Positions 63,591 through 64,000 of a DNA stretch of 64,000 bases are shown here, in pieces. Each line of letters opens with the position of its first letter. Within the stretch, counting starts at the first letter, position 1. This DNA is from an uncultured Gemmatimonadaceae bacterium. Its GTDB lineage: Bacteria > Gemmatimonadota > Gemmatimonadetes > Gemmatimonadales > Gemmatimonadaceae. The stretch lies in contig OY970320.1 in assembly GCA_963716745.1 (NCBI GenBank), forward strand, positions 1,984,001 to 2,048,000. The letters run 5' to 3'. A program made the translations under genes and the position numbers. A model generated the notes under the pieces. It was not told the origin of the DNA. It ran no database searches and saw only the letters and a program-made list of their open reading frames with translations.

Positions 63591-64000
63591 ATGCGCCGGC
63601 GCCGCGTCTTCTTGTTCCTTATTGCTGTCCTTGCGCTCTCGCTTACCGAGGCGGGATTGCACCTGATAGTGAGGCGCCGGGAGAATGTGCAACTCTTGTT
63701 CGGGAGGCCAGGCTACTTCCTGGTACCGATCGATACACCGACTTCAATGCCGAGCATTGCGCGCAAGCCCGGCTCGTACCGCAGGTACGACGCGATGCTC
63801 GGCTGGACTATTGCGGAGAACGGCGCCGACCCGCCGTTGTACTTCTCGGATTTGAACGGGGTACGCGTTACAGAGGCTCAACACGCTGCGAAATTCGTTG
63901 CTACTCGAACCCCTCGGGTCCTTGCAATCGGAGATTCGTTCACGCACGGCGATGAGGTCAGAGCCGAGGATGCGTGGCCCTCGCAGCTGGCGGATCGTCT
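63591..64000 (+). CDS. SGNH/GDSL hydrolase-family protein (3' truncated)
   Basis: Own translation (absent from the ORF track): MRRRRVFLFLIAVLAL...YDAMLGW...RVLAIGDSFTHGD...WPSQL. Confidence 0.8.
   Translation, partial: MRRRRVFLFLIAVLALSLTEAGLHLIVRRRENVQLLFGRPGYFLVPIDTPTSMPSIARKPGSYRRYDAMLGWTIAENGADPPLYFSDLNGVRVTEAQHAAKFVATRTPRVLAIGDSFTHGDEVRAEDAWPSQLADR

Noticed and set aside
61110..64000. Saxitoxin biosynthesis cluster
   Set aside because: No sxtA, sxtG or other core genes in the window; only the generic carbamoylation module is present

Overview
High-GC Gram-negative bacterial DNA. The pilin and anti-sigma-like proteins suggest Gemmatimonadota, but this is inference only. Many genes are split by single-base frameshifts, most likely long-read consensus errors. 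The window has three parts. (1) 1-11.6 kb: envelope genes, including a tandem array of six paralogous ~200-aa outer-membrane beta-barrel genes with conserved strands, variable loops (five carry a Cys pair), non-canonical C-termini and duplicated terminator/leader modules. (2) 11.7-23.1 kb: core-like genes (TPR protein, YfiT, KirBac channel, Chlamydia/plastid-type FabI, PLP decarboxylase, cardiolipin synthase, 2H phosphoesterase, pilin, TlpA/CcdA, a Fic protein with His->Gln in the catalytic motif, a Met/His-rich exported protein). These are punctuated by period-7 repeat hairpins that sometimes invade gene ends. (3) 23.2-64 kb: a ~41 kb surface-polysaccharide locus combining Wzm/Wzt with Wza/Wzc and a Wzy/WaaL-like protein. 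It has about 11 glycosyltransferase genes, four AsnB-family genes, five methyltransferases, a deacetylase, a GNAT and a CapK/PaaK-like ligase. It ends in a carbamoyltransferase-SxtJ-DUF5989-SGNH module. I recognised no rRNA, tRNA, CRISPR array, integrase or transposase.
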